Counted from the first letter of the stretch, positions 29,476-40,096 are shown. The stretch is DNA of 64,000 nucleotides from an uncultured Fibrobacteria bacterium (GCA_963716395.1 OY970309.1:1888001-1952000); one strand, 5' to 3'. Notes: a model not told the origin generated them from the letters alone. Translations and numbers: made by a program.

Positions 29476-30918
29476 ATGCAGCAGCCCACCGATCAATACG
29501 ACAACCCCTTGATTCGCCGTTACGCTTCGGCGCCCATGAGCTTTCTCTTCTCGCCGCAGTTCAAACATTCCACCTGGCGCAAATTGTGGGTCCACCTGGC
29601 CGAGGCCGAGCAGGCGCTGGGGCTGCCCATCACCGACGCGCAAATCGCCGAACTCAAGGCGCATGTCGACGACATCGATTTCGCCGAGGCCGAACGCCAG
29701 GAACGCAAGGTGCGCCACGACGTGATGGCGCATGTGCATGCCTATGCCCAGCAATGTCCCCAGGCGGCGGGCATCATCCATCTCGGAGCCACGTCGGCCT
29801 ATGTCACCGACAACACCGATTTGATCCAGATGCAAGACGGCTTGAATCTCTTGCGTCGGCGCACCTTGCGCGTGATCGCGGCCCTGGCCGAATTCGCGCG
29901 CCGTTGGAAAGATCAACCCGCGCTCGGGTTCACGCATTTTCAACCCGCGCAACCGGTCACGGTGGGCAAGCGCGCCTGTTTGTGGATGCAGGATTTTCTC
30001 TTCGACGCCGAAGACCTCGACCGCCTGGCGCAAGGCCTGCCCTTTCTCGGGGTCAAGGGCACCACGGGCACGCAGGCCAGTTTCCTGGAATTGTTCGCCG
30101 GCGATCACGACAAGGTGAAAAAGCTCGACGCCGAGGTCACGCGCCGCGCCGGGTTCGTGCGTAACCTGCCGGTTTCGGGTCAGACCTACACCCGCAAACT
30201 CGACGCCCAGGTTTTGGCCGCGCTGTCGGGGCTGGCGCAAACGCTGGCGAAGTTTTCCACCGACCTGCGCCTTTTGCAGCATCTCAAGGAAATCGAAGAA
30301 CCCTTTGAAAGCGGGCAAATCGGATCGTCGGCCATGGCCTATAAGCGCAATCCCATGCGCTGCGAACGCATCGGATCGCTGGCCCGCTTCGTGGAATCGC
30401 TGTCGGCGTCGACCGCCTTCACCGCGTCGACCCAATGGTTCGAGCGCACGCTCGACGATTCGGCCAACAAGCGGCTGGCCGTGGCCCAGGCCTTTCTCGC
30501 CGCCGACGCCATGCTGCTGTTGGCCGAAAACGTGGCCTCGGGGCTGGTGGTGCATCCGCGGGTCATCGAACGCCGGCTGGCCGAAGAGCTTCCCTTTCTC
30601 GCCACCGAAAATATTCTCATGGATGCGGTGAAGCGCGGCGGCCACCGCCAGGAATTGCACGAACGCATTCGCGTACATGCGCAAGAGGCCGCGCGCCGCG
30701 TCAAGGACGACGGCTTGGAAAACGATTTGCTCGACCGCATCGCCGCCGATCCCGCTTTCGCCATCGACGCCGCGGCCCTGCGGCGCGAACTGGATCCGCG
30801 CCGCTATACGGGCCGCGCGGCGGCGCAGACCGAGGAATTTTTGCGCGATCACGTGGATCCGTTGTTGGCCCGCGATGCTTCCTGGAAAGACCTGGAATCG
30901 CCGGCGCTGCGGGTGTAA
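29476..30918 (+). CDS. purB: Adenylosuccinate lyase
   Basis: RHDVMAH, HLGATS, GSSAMAYKRNP. Confidence 0.96.
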   Translation: MQQPTDQYDNPLIRRYASAPMSFLFSPQFKHSTWRKLWVHLAEAEQALGLPITDAQIAELKAHVDDIDFAEAERQERKVRHDVMAHVHAYAQQCPQAAGIIHLGATSAYVTDNTDLIQMQDGLNLLRRRTLRVIAALAEFARRWKDQPALGFTHFQPAQPVTVGKRACLWMQDFLFDAEDLDRLAQGLPFLGVKGTTGTQASFLELFAGDHDKVKKLDAEVTRRAGFVRNLPVSGQTYTRKLDAQVLAALSGLAQTLAKFSTDLRLLQHLKEIEEPFESGQIGSSAMAYKRNPMRCERIGSLARFVESLSASTAFTASTQWFERTLDDSANKRLAVAQAFLAADAMLLLAENVASGLVVHPRVIERRLAEELPFLATENILMDAVKRGGHRQELHERIRVHAQEAARRVKDDGLENDLLDRIAADPAFAIDAAALRRELDPRRYTGRAAAQTEEFLRDHVDPLLARDASWKDLESPALRV

Positions 30919-30937
30919 CGATTTCGTTACCTGGGCA

Positions 30938-31717
30938 TTAAACCGCCGTAATCACCGTGCCCGCGGCCGGTCTGCCTTCCAGGCGCGCGCGCAGCGCGGC
31001 TTCGCCGGCAAAACCGCAGATATGCACTTCACCCACGCCGGTTTCCGCGGCCTGCAGGCACGAACGCAGTTTCGGGAGGATGCCGCCCGTGGCCGCTCCC
31101 GCCGCGATCAGGGTTTCGATGCCGGCGCGGTTCAAGCGCGCCAGGGTTTGTCCGGCGGCGTCGAGCACGCCCGGCACGTCGGAAATGAAAATCAGTTTTT
31201 CCGCCCCCAGGGCCACGGCTACGGCCGAAGCCGCGTCGTCGGCGTTCACGTTGTAAGACTCTTGCGCCGCATCCACCGAAACCGGCGAGAGCACGGGCAA
31301 AAATCCCGACCGTAACAAGACGGTTACGAGCCCGGGGCGGACTTCGGACACGGCGCCCACCCGGCCCAGTTCGGCGGAAATCGGCCGGCAGATCAAAATG
31401 GGGCCGTCGACGCCACTGAGGCCGCAGGCCGCCACGCCCCGCCGTTGCAGGCGGCGGACCAAATCTTTGTTCACGTGGCCCGACAAAGTCATTTCCACCA
31501 CTTCCATGGCCGCGGGACTCGTGACCCGCAACCCGTCGCGAAAGCGGGGCTCTTCACCCAGCCATTGCAGGTTCCGGTTGATGTCTTTGCCGCCGCCATG
31601 GCACAGCAACAGGTTCCCGCGTTCCCGGTGATGGGCCGCCAAGACGCCGCATAACGCGTCGAGCCGGCCGCGGTCCTCCATCAGGGAACCGCCGATTTTC
31701 ACCACCGTGGGATTCAC
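30938..31717 (-). CDS. argB: Acetylglutamate kinase
   Basis: VVKIGG, HGGGKDI, GLRVT, NVNAD, SDVPGV. Confidence 0.94.
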   Translation of the reverse strand: MNPTVVKIGGSLMEDRGRLDALCGVLAAHHRERGNLLLCHGGGKDINRNLQWLGEEPRFRDGLRVTSPAAMEVVEMTLSGHVNKDLVRRLQRRGVAACGLSGVDGPILICRPISAELGRVGAVSEVRPGLVTVLLRSGFLPVLSPVSVDAAQESYNVNADDAASAVAVALGAEKLIFISDVPGVLDAAGQTLARLNRAGIETLIAAGAATGGILPKLRSCLQAAETGVGEVHICGFAGEAALRARLEGRPAAGTVITAV

Positions 31718-32739
31718 AGAAGGCCCAGGGTTTCTTCCAGGCCGAAGGCGATGTTCAGGTTTTGCAGCGCCTGGCCCGAAGCGCCTTTCACCATGTTGTC
31801 GAGCACCGACACGATGATAAGATGCGTCGTGCCGGCGGGCTGATAGGCCTTGAAGCGGCACTCGTTGCTGCGCGCCACGTCGGCCGTGGCGGGAAAATCC
31901 GGCATGACCTTGACGAAGGGAGAACCGGCGTAGGCCTGGCGCCAAACGGCTTCGGCGTCGTCCGCGCTGCGGCCCGGTTTCAGTTCGGCGTAAATCGTCG
32001 AGAGAATGCCGCGCTCCATGGGAACGAGATGGGGAGTAAACAAAGGCGTTACCCCGGTGCCGGCCGCGGCGGAAAGTTGGGCCGAGATTTCGGGCAAATG
32101 CCGGTGGCGATCCCCGACCTGATAGGCGGAAAAATTTTCATGGCAGAACACGAAGTGGGTGCCTTCGGTGGCTTTGCGTCCCGCGCCCGACACGCCCGAT
32201 TTGGAATCGGCGATGAGGCCGCGGCTTGCGACGACCCCCTCGCGCAAGAGCGGAATCAGGGGCAACAGAATCGACGTGGGGTAGCAGCCGGGATTGGCCA
32301 CGAGCCTGGCCTGGGCGATGCGGCGGCGGTGAATTTCGCTGAGGCCATATACGGACGCATGTGCGGGGTTGGGCATGGTTGCGGCATGCGTGGGAATCGC
32401 GGCCGGGTCGGCCAGGCGGAAATCGGCCGAAAGATCGATGATGCGCGTCCCCGCTTGCGCCAAAAACGGTTCCAGGGCGGCGGCCGAAGCGCCATGCGGC
32501 AAGCAGGAAAACACCGCGTCCGGAGGCGTGCGTTTTTGGGCCTCGACTGTCGGGATAAGACGCGAAACCGCGGCGGAAAGGTGGCCGGCGAAAGCGCGGT
32601 AAACCTGGGCATAATCGGTTCCGGCCTGGGATTCAGAGCCGAGCCAGGCCAATTCCACCTGCGGATGCCGCAGCAGCAGCCGCACCAATTCGGCGCCGGC
32701 CAGCCCCGTGGCGCCCAGAATTCCCACCGTAATTTTCAT
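31714..32739 (-). CDS. argC: N-acetyl-gamma-glutamyl-phosphate reductase
   Basis: GATG, DLSADFR, ANPGCYPT, SGVSGAG, DNMVKGASGQA. Confidence 0.95.
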   Translation of the reverse strand: MKITVGILGATGLAGAELVRLLLRHPQVELAWLGSESQAGTDYAQVYRAFAGHLSAAVSRLIPTVEAQKRTPPDAVFSCLPHGASAAALEPFLAQAGTRIIDLSADFRLADPAAIPTHAATMPNPAHASVYGLSEIHRRRIAQARLVANPGCYPTSILLPLIPLLREGVVASRGLIADSKSGVSGAGRKATEGTHFVFCHENFSAYQVGDRHRHLPEISAQLSAAAGTGVTPLFTPHLVPMERGILSTIYAELKPGRSADDAEAVWRQAYAGSPFVKVMPDFPATADVARSNECRFKAYQPAGTTHLIIVSVLDNMVKGASGQALQNLNIAFGLEETLGLL

Positions 32740-32977
32740 CGCGGAAAAAGTAGCAAGCACCCCTGGGACGCCACGAAATCAGCTTATTCCCAGGGTTGGC
32801 CATGCTTGCATGGCTTGGCGGTTTCGAGTACCTTTATCGGTATATAACTGCGCGATGTCTTGGCATATCCGGCCGATCCTCTTGCCGAAATGAAAAATTC
32901 ACCGGACAATGAACCAGAGTTCAGGCGGCAACGGAGCGCGAAGACTGATGATGCGGTAAAGTGAATAGGAGTAGGAA

Positions 32978-33208
32978 ATGGCGGCCGTCACCAAGGTTTG
33001 GTTGGATGAAAGCGAAAACGAATGCACCATGTGCGGCGCATGTGAAGCCACGTGCCCCGAGGTATTCGAAGTTCCCGAAAAAATGGTAGTGAAAGACGGG
33101 GCGGATTTGACCTTGACCCAGCAAATCGTGGAAGCCGCCGAGGGCTGTCCCGTGGGTACCATCGCCATCGAATACGACGCCAGCGGCAAGCGCGACAATC
33201 CAGCCTAA
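32978..33208 (+). CDS. Single-cluster ferredoxin
   Basis: CTMCGACEATCP...GCP; AGGAG RBS. Confidence 0.9.
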   Translation: MAAVTKVWLDESENECTMCGACEATCPEVFEVPEKMVVKDGADLTLTQQIVEAAEGCPVGTIAIEYDASGKRDNPA

Positions 33209-33220
33209 AATTCCGCTGCG

Positions 33221-33249
33221 TCGAGTTGCAATCGACTCGGACCTTTTTC
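33221..33249 (+). terminator. Putative terminator after the ferredoxin gene
   Basis: CGAGTTG/CGACTCG stem followed shortly by a T run. Confidence 0.45.
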
Positions 33250-33374
33250 CCATCTCCAATCCGATCCGAAATCTCATCTGCGCAGGCGGATGGGGTTGTT
33301 CCCCGCATCTTTCGCACCGCACGGGATCGGGGTGGCTATATTTACTTCCCCGTTTTTTCCGGGGCAGGTTCGTT

Positions 33375-35258
33375 TTGCAATCCCTGTATGAATATCTCGC
33401 GTCGGCTCCCAAAAGCCATTTGGCCAAATTACACCGGCGCGATCACCCCACGGCCGGTCTGCAACAATCGGCACGGGTCATCGAAGGCGTGCAGGCGCGC
33501 GCGCTGGACCCGGACCGCTTGCAAGAGGTGCTGGCCAATTCCGATCGCGAGGCGCGGCGGCTGCTTTTGGCCGTGTACGCCGCGGAAGAGCGCGGTCTCT
33601 TTGAGACCGAGCTGCAACGGGGATGCCCCACCGGACCGTCGCAGGCAAGTTACTTCTTGGCCGGGCTCGAATACGAATTGCTGGTGTTCAGCCGCGAAAG
33701 CGAATCGCGCAGCTACCATGGGTTTCGCGAATTGGCACCCATGCTCCTGCCCGCTTTGCTGGCCGAATTCGCCCCGGTCGAGGCCGGCCCGCCTTCGGGA
33801 GCGTGGGTTTCGAATGCGGCGCATGGTCTTTCGCACTTCTGCCATTTTCTGGCCAAGGCCGCGCGTGGTGAATTGCGCCTGACCCAGGCCAAAGAACTGC
33901 ATCGCAAAAGCTTGCAGGATTTGGCCCAGGGTTTTTCCTCGGGGCATTCCCTCTCGGATGCGGCGGCGGAGGAAGAAACGGTATTTCTGTTCCGCTTCGG
34001 CGCCGAAGCGGAATTGTGGCGCGAAGACGACGGAATCCTGCGTTTGTCGGAGGCGGCCGAGGCCTGGCTCGAAGAAGGTCGCGCCGAATGGCGGCGGCGG
34101 TTGTGGGAATGGTGGTTGCGCCGCCGCGTGCGCGGCCTGTCGCGCACATTAGCCGCGCTGGCGCAGATGGAGAACGCCCCGGCGCCGGCGCATGCCGTGG
34201 GTGCGCTGGCCCCGATCTTTTCCGTCTACGAGGGCTGGGAATCTACCCGCGGCAAATCGGTTTCCGAGCTTTCCACGTGGGAAAATCTGCCGCGGACCCT
34301 GCGCGAGTTATGGATGATCGGCGGCGTGGATTTCGCCATGCACAAGGGACGGATCCGCTGGGTCCGTCTGCGCAACCCCGAGGAAGGCGTCGCGGGCGCG
34401 CCCGATCCGACCGAAGCCCCGCGCGGTCTGCCCAATCTCGAAGCTCTGGTTCCCGTGTCGGTACCGCTGCGCCGCCAATTCCAGGTCGAGTTGGTGGCCG
34501 GCCGCGCCAACGACGAGGTGCTGACGCGCTACCGCTTTACCAAGGATTCGGTGGTGCAGGGGTTGCAGGCCGGCATGACGGCCGAGGCGCTGCAGGAACT
34601 GGCCGCTTGGCTGGGATTCGAGGCTCCGGCACGGCGCACCTTATCCGACTGGGCGGCCGCCTACGTGACCGCCGTGTTTCGGGAAATTTTTGTGTTACGG
34701 GTGCGCGACCCCGAGCGCTTCCGCGAATTGCAGGAGTTTCCGCATTTCATGGAACTTGTGACCGAAACCATTCCAGACTACGGCTTCGTGCTGGCCCGGG
34801 CCGACAAAGCGCGTGCGCGCGAATTGCTGCGCGTGTTCGACCTTTTGCCCGGCGAAGAAGCCTCGCCCGAGGCGGACCGCGGCCAGACCCTGGCTTTGGA
34901 GGCGGCTGATCCGCAATGGGCGCTGCCGGCCTTCCCGCACGGCGAAATCGCCTACCGACACGCGCTTCCCTTGCGACGCGAGTTGCCTTCGTTGGGCGAA
35001 CGCGAGCGCGGCGCGCGCGCCCGGGCCGAAGCCACCGTGGCCGACCGCATGCAGGTGCTCGAAGGCGCCATCCGCCTGCAAAAGACCGTCGAGTTCACCT
35101 ATAACGGCGCCGTCGGCAAACGCATCCAGGTGCAGCCCCTGCACGTGCTGCGCAACCGCGACCCCATCAAGCTCATCGCCGTGGAGCTGGGCAGCGGCCA
35201 TCGCAACGAGTATTTGCTCGACCAGGTGCAGGGTCTGCATCTGGTCGAGGCCGGCTGA
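33375..35258 (+). CDS. Helicase-associated (Helicase_C_3-like) protein with C-terminal WYL-like domain
   Basis: YRFTKDSVVQGLQAGM..L..W motif; VEFTY..IQP..EYLLDQV tail. Confidence 0.75.
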   Translation: MQSLYEYLASAPKSHLAKLHRRDHPTAGLQQSARVIEGVQARALDPDRLQEVLANSDREARRLLLAVYAAEERGLFETELQRGCPTGPSQASYFLAGLEYELLVFSRESESRSYHGFRELAPMLLPALLAEFAPVEAGPPSGAWVSNAAHGLSHFCHFLAKAARGELRLTQAKELHRKSLQDLAQGFSSGHSLSDAAAEEETVFLFRFGAEAELWREDDGILRLSEAAEAWLEEGRAEWRRRLWEWWLRRRVRGLSRTLAALAQMENAPAPAHAVGALAPIFSVYEGWESTRGKSVSELSTWENLPRTLRELWMIGGVDFAMHKGRIRWVRLRNPEEGVAGAPDPTEAPRGLPNLEALVPVSVPLRRQFQVELVAGRANDEVLTRYRFTKDSVVQGLQAGMTAEALQELAAWLGFEAPARRTLSDWAAAYVTAVFREIFVLRVRDPERFRELQEFPHFMELVTETIPDYGFVLARADKARARELLRVFDLLPGEEASPEADRGQTLALEAADPQWALPAFPHGEIAYRHALPLRRELPSLGERERGARARAEATVADRMQVLEGAIRLQKTVEFTYNGAVGKRIQVQPLHVLRNRDPIKLIAVELGSGHRNEYLLDQVQGLHLVEAG

Positions 35259-35259
35259 C

Positions 35260-38200
35260 ATGGCGACTCCCTTCGCGCATCTGCACGTGCATTCGGAGTA
35301 TTCGCTGCTCCGCTCCACCGCGCGCCTCCCCGGACTCATCGCCCAGGCCAAAGCCGCGGGACAAACCGCCTTGGCCCTCACCGATCACGGCAACATGTTC
35401 GGCATGCTCGAGTTCTACACGGCCGCGCACAAAGCCGGCCTCAAGCCCATCCTCGGATGCGATTTGTACATGGCGCCCGACCACCGCCGCAACCAGGTGT
35501 ACGCGCCCGGCCAGCCGGCCTGGCACCAGGTGGTGGCGCTGGCCGAGAACGAAACCGGGTACCGGAATCTCCTGGCCCTGTGTTCGGCGGGGCATCTCGA
35601 CGGCTTCTACCAGAAGCCGCGTATCGATCGCGCGGCCGTCGAGCAATGGCGTGAAGGGCTGTTTTTCCTCCTGCCCAACGTCGACAGCGAAGCCGGCTAC
35701 CACATCGTGCACGGGCAGGAGAAGAAGGCCCGCGAGATTTTGGATTTCTTCGCCGCCGCCTGCGGCCGCGACCGGGTCTTTCTCGGGGTGGAGGATCACG
35801 GCCGTCCCGAAGAGCGGGAGGTGAACCGGTTCTTCCTGAATCTCCACCACGAAGGTTGGTCTCTGGTCGCGGGCAACGACGTGCATTACGTGGCGCGCGC
35901 CGACGCCGAGGCCCACGACGTGCTACTGTGCATCGACGGCGGTTGGAAGTTGAACGACGCCCAACGGCCCCGGTTCGCCTCCGACCAGTACTATCTGCGA
36001 TCGGGCGCGGAGATGGCCGCCCTGCTCGCCGCCTATCCGGGCGCCCTGGAAAACACCGCCGCCTTGGCCGACGCCTGTTCGGTGACCATCGGATTCGGAA
36101 CCCTGTCGCACCCGAGTTTTCCCGTACCGGCCGGCTTCGCCGACGCCGACGCCTACCTGGCCCGTTTGGCCGAAGAGGGGTTGCCCCGGCGTTACGGGGA
36201 GCCGACGCCGGAGATGCGCGCGCGCCTGCGTTTCGAACTCGAAACCATGCGCCACATGCAAGTGGCGGGGTACATGCTGATCGTGCAGGATTTCATCAAC
36301 GCCGCCAAGGCACGCGGCATACCGGTCGGCCCGGGCCGTGGCTCGGCGGTGGGGTCGCTGGTGTGTTACGCCGTGGGCATCACCGACGTCGATCCCCTGC
36401 GCTACCACTTGCTGTTCGAACGTTTTTTGAACCCCGAACGCGTGACCATGCCCGATATCGACACCGATTTTTCCGACAGCGGCCGCCAGGCCGTCATCGA
36501 ATACGTGGTGGAAAAATACGGCAAGGAATCGGTTGCGCAAATCGTGACCTACGGCCGGCTCAAAGCCAAGGCCGTGCTCAAAGACGTGGCGCGCGTGCTC
36601 GGCATCGATCACAAAGAGGTCGAGCGCCTCAACAAGTTCATTCCGCCGCTGGCCAAGGGGTTGCGCCGTCCCGCGGGCGATCCGACGCATGACGGCGTGT
36701 ACGCGTCGGATATCTCCGAGGTGAACCAGGCCATTGCCGCCGGGGGCGAACCCTACCGTCGCCTGTGGGAGCATGCGCAAAACCTCGAAGGCCTGGTGCG
36801 CCAGGCCGGCATGCACGCCGCGGCCGTGATCATCGCGCCGCGCGCCGTGGTGCACTTCGCGCCGCTGTTTCAGCAGCCCGGATCGAACCAAGTCATGATC
36901 CAGTACGACATGCGTTTTTCCGAGAGCATCGGGCTTTTGAAAATGGATTTTCTCGGACTGCGCAACCTGTCGGTGATCCAGGACGCCCTCCAGCAGATCG
37001 AAGAGAACCACGGCGTCGCGCTCGACCCGCTGCGGCTGCCCGAGGCCGATGCCAAAACCTTCGCCCTGTTGGGCCAGGGCCAGACGGTGGGCATCTTCCA
37101 GTTCGAATCGGCGGGCATGCAGGATTATTTGCGCAAGCTCAAGCCGTCGAGCCTCGAGGATCTCATCGCCATGAACGCGTTGTACCGCCCCGGCCCCATG
37201 GAGTTCATTCCGCAGTATATCGCCCGCAAAAACGGCCAGGAAGCGGTCGATATGTACCACGCCGATCTCGAACCGATTCTGCGCGAGACATACGGGGTCA
37301 TCGTCTACCAGGAACAGGTCATGCAGATCGCGCAGGTGCTGGCCGGCTTCACCTTGGGCGGCGCCGATTTGCTGCGCCGCGCCATGGGGAAAAAGGACGA
37401 GAAGAAGATGAAGGATCTCAAGCCCAAATTCATCGGCGGCGCCAAAGAGCGCGGCTATGATCCGGCGCTGGCGGAACGGCTGTGGGAAGTGCTGATTCCT
37501 TTTTCCAGCTACGCCTTCAACAAATCGCATTCCGCGGCCTACGCCTTCATCGCCTACCAGACCGCGTTTCTCAAGGCCAATTATCCGGCCGAGTTCATGG
37601 CCGCCAACATGAATTCCGAAATGCACGATACCACGCGCCTGGTGGTGCTGCTCAACGATTGCCGGCAATTGCATATTCCCGTGCGCTTTCCCGACGTGAA
37701 CCGCAGCGACGCGGTGTTCAAGGCCCGCGAGGGCGCCATCGTGTATGGTCTGGGCGGCATCAAGAACGTGGGCGTGGGCGCGGTGGAACGCATCGTGGCC
37801 GAGCGGCGCGCGCGCGGACCGTTCACCTCGCTGTTCGATCTCTGCAAGCGCGTCGACGCGCATGTGCTGAACCGCCGCGCGCTGGAGTCGCTCATCTTCG
37901 CGGGCGCGCTGCCCGACGAGATTCCCGGCAACCGCGCGCAGCAATTCGCCGCTGTGGAAACCGCGCTGGCCTGGGCCGCCGGACGGCAGGCCGATCGCGA
38001 GCGGGGCCAGGTCAGCCTGTTCGAAGCGGGCGGCGGCGCGGCGCTGGAGACGGGGGAGCCCGTGCTGCCCGACGTCGACGCCTGGCCGTACCCGGAAATG
38101 CTGGAAAAAGAAAAAGAGGTGCTCGGCCTTTACCTCTCCGGCCATCCGCTGGAACCGTATCGCGCCGAACTCGAAGCCTTCGCCACCGCGCCGCTGGATC

Positions 38201-38802
38201 CGGAGCGGCTCAAAGCTCTGGCGCCTCCGACGGCGGCTGACGCCGAATCCGCCCCCCGCCGGTTCGACAAATCGGGCGGCCCCAAAACCGAAGTGGTGCT
38301 GGGCGGGTTGATCGCGCGCCTCAAGACGCGCATCAGCCCCAAGGACAATCGTACCTTCGCGTTCGCCGATCTCGAGGACTTCACCGGCAAAATCGACGTG
38401 ACCTTCTGGTCCGAAGTGTTCGAAAGCGTGCGCGCGCAGGTCGACGTCGACGCCATGGTGCTGATCCGCGGCGAGCTCAAATGGGACGCAGATCGCGGCC
38501 AGCACAAACTCATCGCTTCCAAGGTGCTGCCGCTTGCCGAGGCGCGCGCGCGGCTCGCCAAGAGCGTACATGTGCGCTTGCGCGCCGACGGCCTGGGCCG
38601 CGACCGGCTGGAGCAATTGCAAACGCTATGCGCCGGGCTCGCCGGCGCGTGCCAATTAGTATTCCATGTCGACACGCGCCGCACCCCCGTCGAGGTTTTG
38701 AGCGACCGCTATCGCGTGAGCCCCGATGCCGGCTGTCTGGACCGCTTGTCGGAATGGGCCGGGACGGGCAACGTGTGGTTGAGCGCCAGAGCTTACGCTT
38801 AA
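35260..38802 (+). CDS. dnaE: DNA polymerase III alpha subunit
   Basis: HLHVHSEYS, GPGRGS, PDIDTDF, KMDFLGL, YAFNKSH. Confidence 0.97.
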   Translation: MATPFAHLHVHSEYSLLRSTARLPGLIAQAKAAGQTALALTDHGNMFGMLEFYTAAHKAGLKPILGCDLYMAPDHRRNQVYAPGQPAWHQVVALAENETGYRNLLALCSAGHLDGFYQKPRIDRAAVEQWREGLFFLLPNVDSEAGYHIVHGQEKKAREILDFFAAACGRDRVFLGVEDHGRPEEREVNRFFLNLHHEGWSLVAGNDVHYVARADAEAHDVLLCIDGGWKLNDAQRPRFASDQYYLRSGAEMAALLAAYPGALENTAALADACSVTIGFGTLSHPSFPVPAGFADADAYLARLAEEGLPRRYGEPTPEMRARLRFELETMRHMQVAGYMLIVQDFINAAKARGIPVGPGRGSAVGSLVCYAVGITDVDPLRYHLLFERFLNPERVTMPDIDTDFSDSGRQAVIEYVVEKYGKESVAQIVTYGRLKAKAVLKDVARVLGIDHKEVERLNKFIPPLAKGLRRPAGDPTHDGVYASDISEVNQAIAAGGEPYRRLWEHAQNLEGLVRQAGMHAAAVIIAPRAVVHFAPLFQQPGSNQVMIQYDMRFSESIGLLKMDFLGLRNLSVIQDALQQIEENHGVALDPLRLPEADAKTFALLGQGQTVGIFQFESAGMQDYLRKLKPSSLEDLIAMNALYRPGPMEFIPQYIARKNGQEAVDMYHADLEPILRETYGVIVYQEQVMQIAQVLAGFTLGGADLLRRAMGKKDEKKMKDLKPKFIGGAKERGYDPALAERLWEVLIPFSSYAFNKSHSAAYAFIAYQTAFLKANYPAEFMAANMNSEMHDTTRLVVLLNDCRQLHIPVRFPDVNRSDAVFKAREGAIVYGLGGIKNVGVGAVERIVAERRARGPFTSLFDLCKRVDAHVLNRRALESLIFAGALPDEIPGNRAQQFAAVETALAWAAGRQADRERGQVSLFEAGGGAALETGEPVLPDVDAWPYPEMLEKEKEVLGLYLSGHPLEPYRAELEAFATAPLDPERLKALAPPTAADAESAPRRFDKSGGPKTEVVLGGLIARLKTRISPKDNRTFAFADLEDFTGKIDVTFWSEVFESVRAQVDVDAMVLIRGELKWDADRGQHKLIASKVLPLAEARARLAKSVHVRLRADGLGRDRLEQLQTLCAGLAGACQLVFHVDTRRTPVEVLSDRYRVSPDAGCLDRLSEWAGTGNVWLSARAYA

Positions 38803-39779
38803 TCCGTCGGGCGCGGCCTCGTACGTTTCCATCGCCGCCGGAGCGCGCGCAGCCCGTCGCCCAGGGCCCCGAGAAAACGGGCCGAGCCCACGCGTTGCAG
38901 CGAAGAGGGAAACTCCACGGGGTGCGTTCCGAAGCGGCGCTTGAACTCCTGCACGCCTTCGAGGCCGCTGCTGCCGGTGAGATCGAAGACCGCGAAGCCG
39001 CGGCGCCGCGCGTCGAGGATCATGTCGTGCAACAGGATTTGCGAAACCCCGAAAGAGAAATAATGTTCGTCGGCCGCGCCGTGCCACAAGACCACGTGCC
39101 GGTTGTGGTAAAAGGTGAGATAACCCGAGCCGATGACGCCTTGGTGTTCGGCCACCCATAGCCGCAGCGCCGGCGAGTTCCCCAACTTGCGGCGGATATC
39201 GTCGAACAGTGCCCGGGGATAAGCGGCGGTGGTGCGCGCCCCCCAGCGTTGCAGCGAAAGTTCGTAGAGAGCGTAATAGCGATCCCAATCGGCCGGAGCT
39301 TCCGCCGCGCGTGTGCGCACCTGGTTGCGCAGCGCCACCCGCACCCGGCGGCGCTGGCCCTGATCCCAGTCGCGCATGGGATTTTCGGGATCCAGCGCGT
39401 CCAAATCGATGGTCTGGATGCGCGAGGTAAAAGTGCGGCCCACGGTGATGGCATTGGGGGTGAAGGGCGAGGAAATAAGCAGCACGTTCAACCCCCGTAA
39501 CGCTTGTGCGACTGCGCGCAATTCGTCGCGTGCGAGGAGTCGGGCGCAAATGGGCGCGGCATAGGTGCCGAAGGGGCTGAAATAGCGATCGCTGCCCCAG
39601 CGCCGGGTCTTGAGCAGCGGCAGGCAAATCGGCGTCTCACCTGCCTGCAGCAGCAGGGGCGCGACTTCGGCCCGATAATGGCGGGCGCCGATGCCCAGCC
39701 ATTCAGGTGTTTGGTAAAAAGTGCAGCCGGGGTCCGCGCGGCACAGCTCGCTCCACAACGGCTCGGGGCAAAGTTCCAT
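38799..39779 (-). CDS. GNAT acetyltransferase, FemAB-like
   Basis: TFYQTPEW, PFGTY, FDLTGS..GVQEFKRRFG. Confidence 0.85.
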   Translation of the reverse strand: MELCPEPLWSELCRADPGCTFYQTPEWLGIGARHYRAEVAPLLLQAGETPICLPLLKTRRWGSDRYFSPFGTYAAPICARLLARDELRAVAQALRGLNVLLISSPFTPNAITVGRTFTSRIQTIDLDALDPENPMRDWDQGQRRRVRVALRNQVRTRAAEAPADWDRYYALYELSLQRWGARTTAAYPRALFDDIRRKLGNSPALRLWVAEHQGVIGSGYLTFYHNRHVVLWHGAADEHYFSFGVSQILLHDMILDARRRGFAVFDLTGSSGLEGVQEFKRRFGTHPVEFPSSLQRVGSARFLGALGDGLRALRRRWKRTRPRPTD

Positions 39780-39884
39780 CGGCGCTTAGGCGAATATCGC
39801 TGCCGAGTCTCGGCCACACGGGCGGACGCCTGTGTTGGTCCGGCGCTGCGGCAAAGTTCGGTGGGGAGAGGGAATGGAAATAGG

Positions 39885-39907
39885 AAAAAGTCCGGCCTTA
39901 AGCCGGC
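39885..39907 (-). terminator. Intrinsic terminator
   Basis: Minus strand CCGGC-TTAAG-GCCGG followed by ACTTTTT. Confidence 0.65.
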
Positions 39908-39934
39908 TGTGCGGAAAGCCGCAAACGGTGCGCG

Positions 39935-40096
39935 TCAAACGCCGTCGGTCGGTTCGCCTGCGTCGGGTTTTTCCCGGAAGACGCGGAGCACGATGCGGCC
40001 CACGGCCAGAGCGATGCCCACAAAGGCCGCGAACCCCAGCGCCTTCAACAACTTCGAACCGGATTTTCCTTCGGATGCCATATCTTCGGTCTGCAT
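39935..40096 (-). CDS. Small single-TM membrane protein (53 aa; below the ORF-track cutoff)
   Basis: MQTEDMASEGKSGSKLLKALGFAAFVGIALAVGRIVLRVFRENPDAGEPTDGV; upstream TGGTAGAAT; downstream terminator. Confidence 0.65.
   Translation of the reverse strand: MQTEDMASEGKSGSKLLKALGFAAFVGIALAVGRIVLRVFREKPDAGEPTDGV

Noticed and set aside
35923-38622. 899-aa antisense ORF, and similar long shadow ORFs such as 142-1878 and 58131-59849
   Set aside because: Mirror frames of high-GC3 genes with no recognisable motifs
35260-38802. Intein or split in dnaE
   Set aside because: Normal length (1180 aa); only short loop insertions and no splicing motifs
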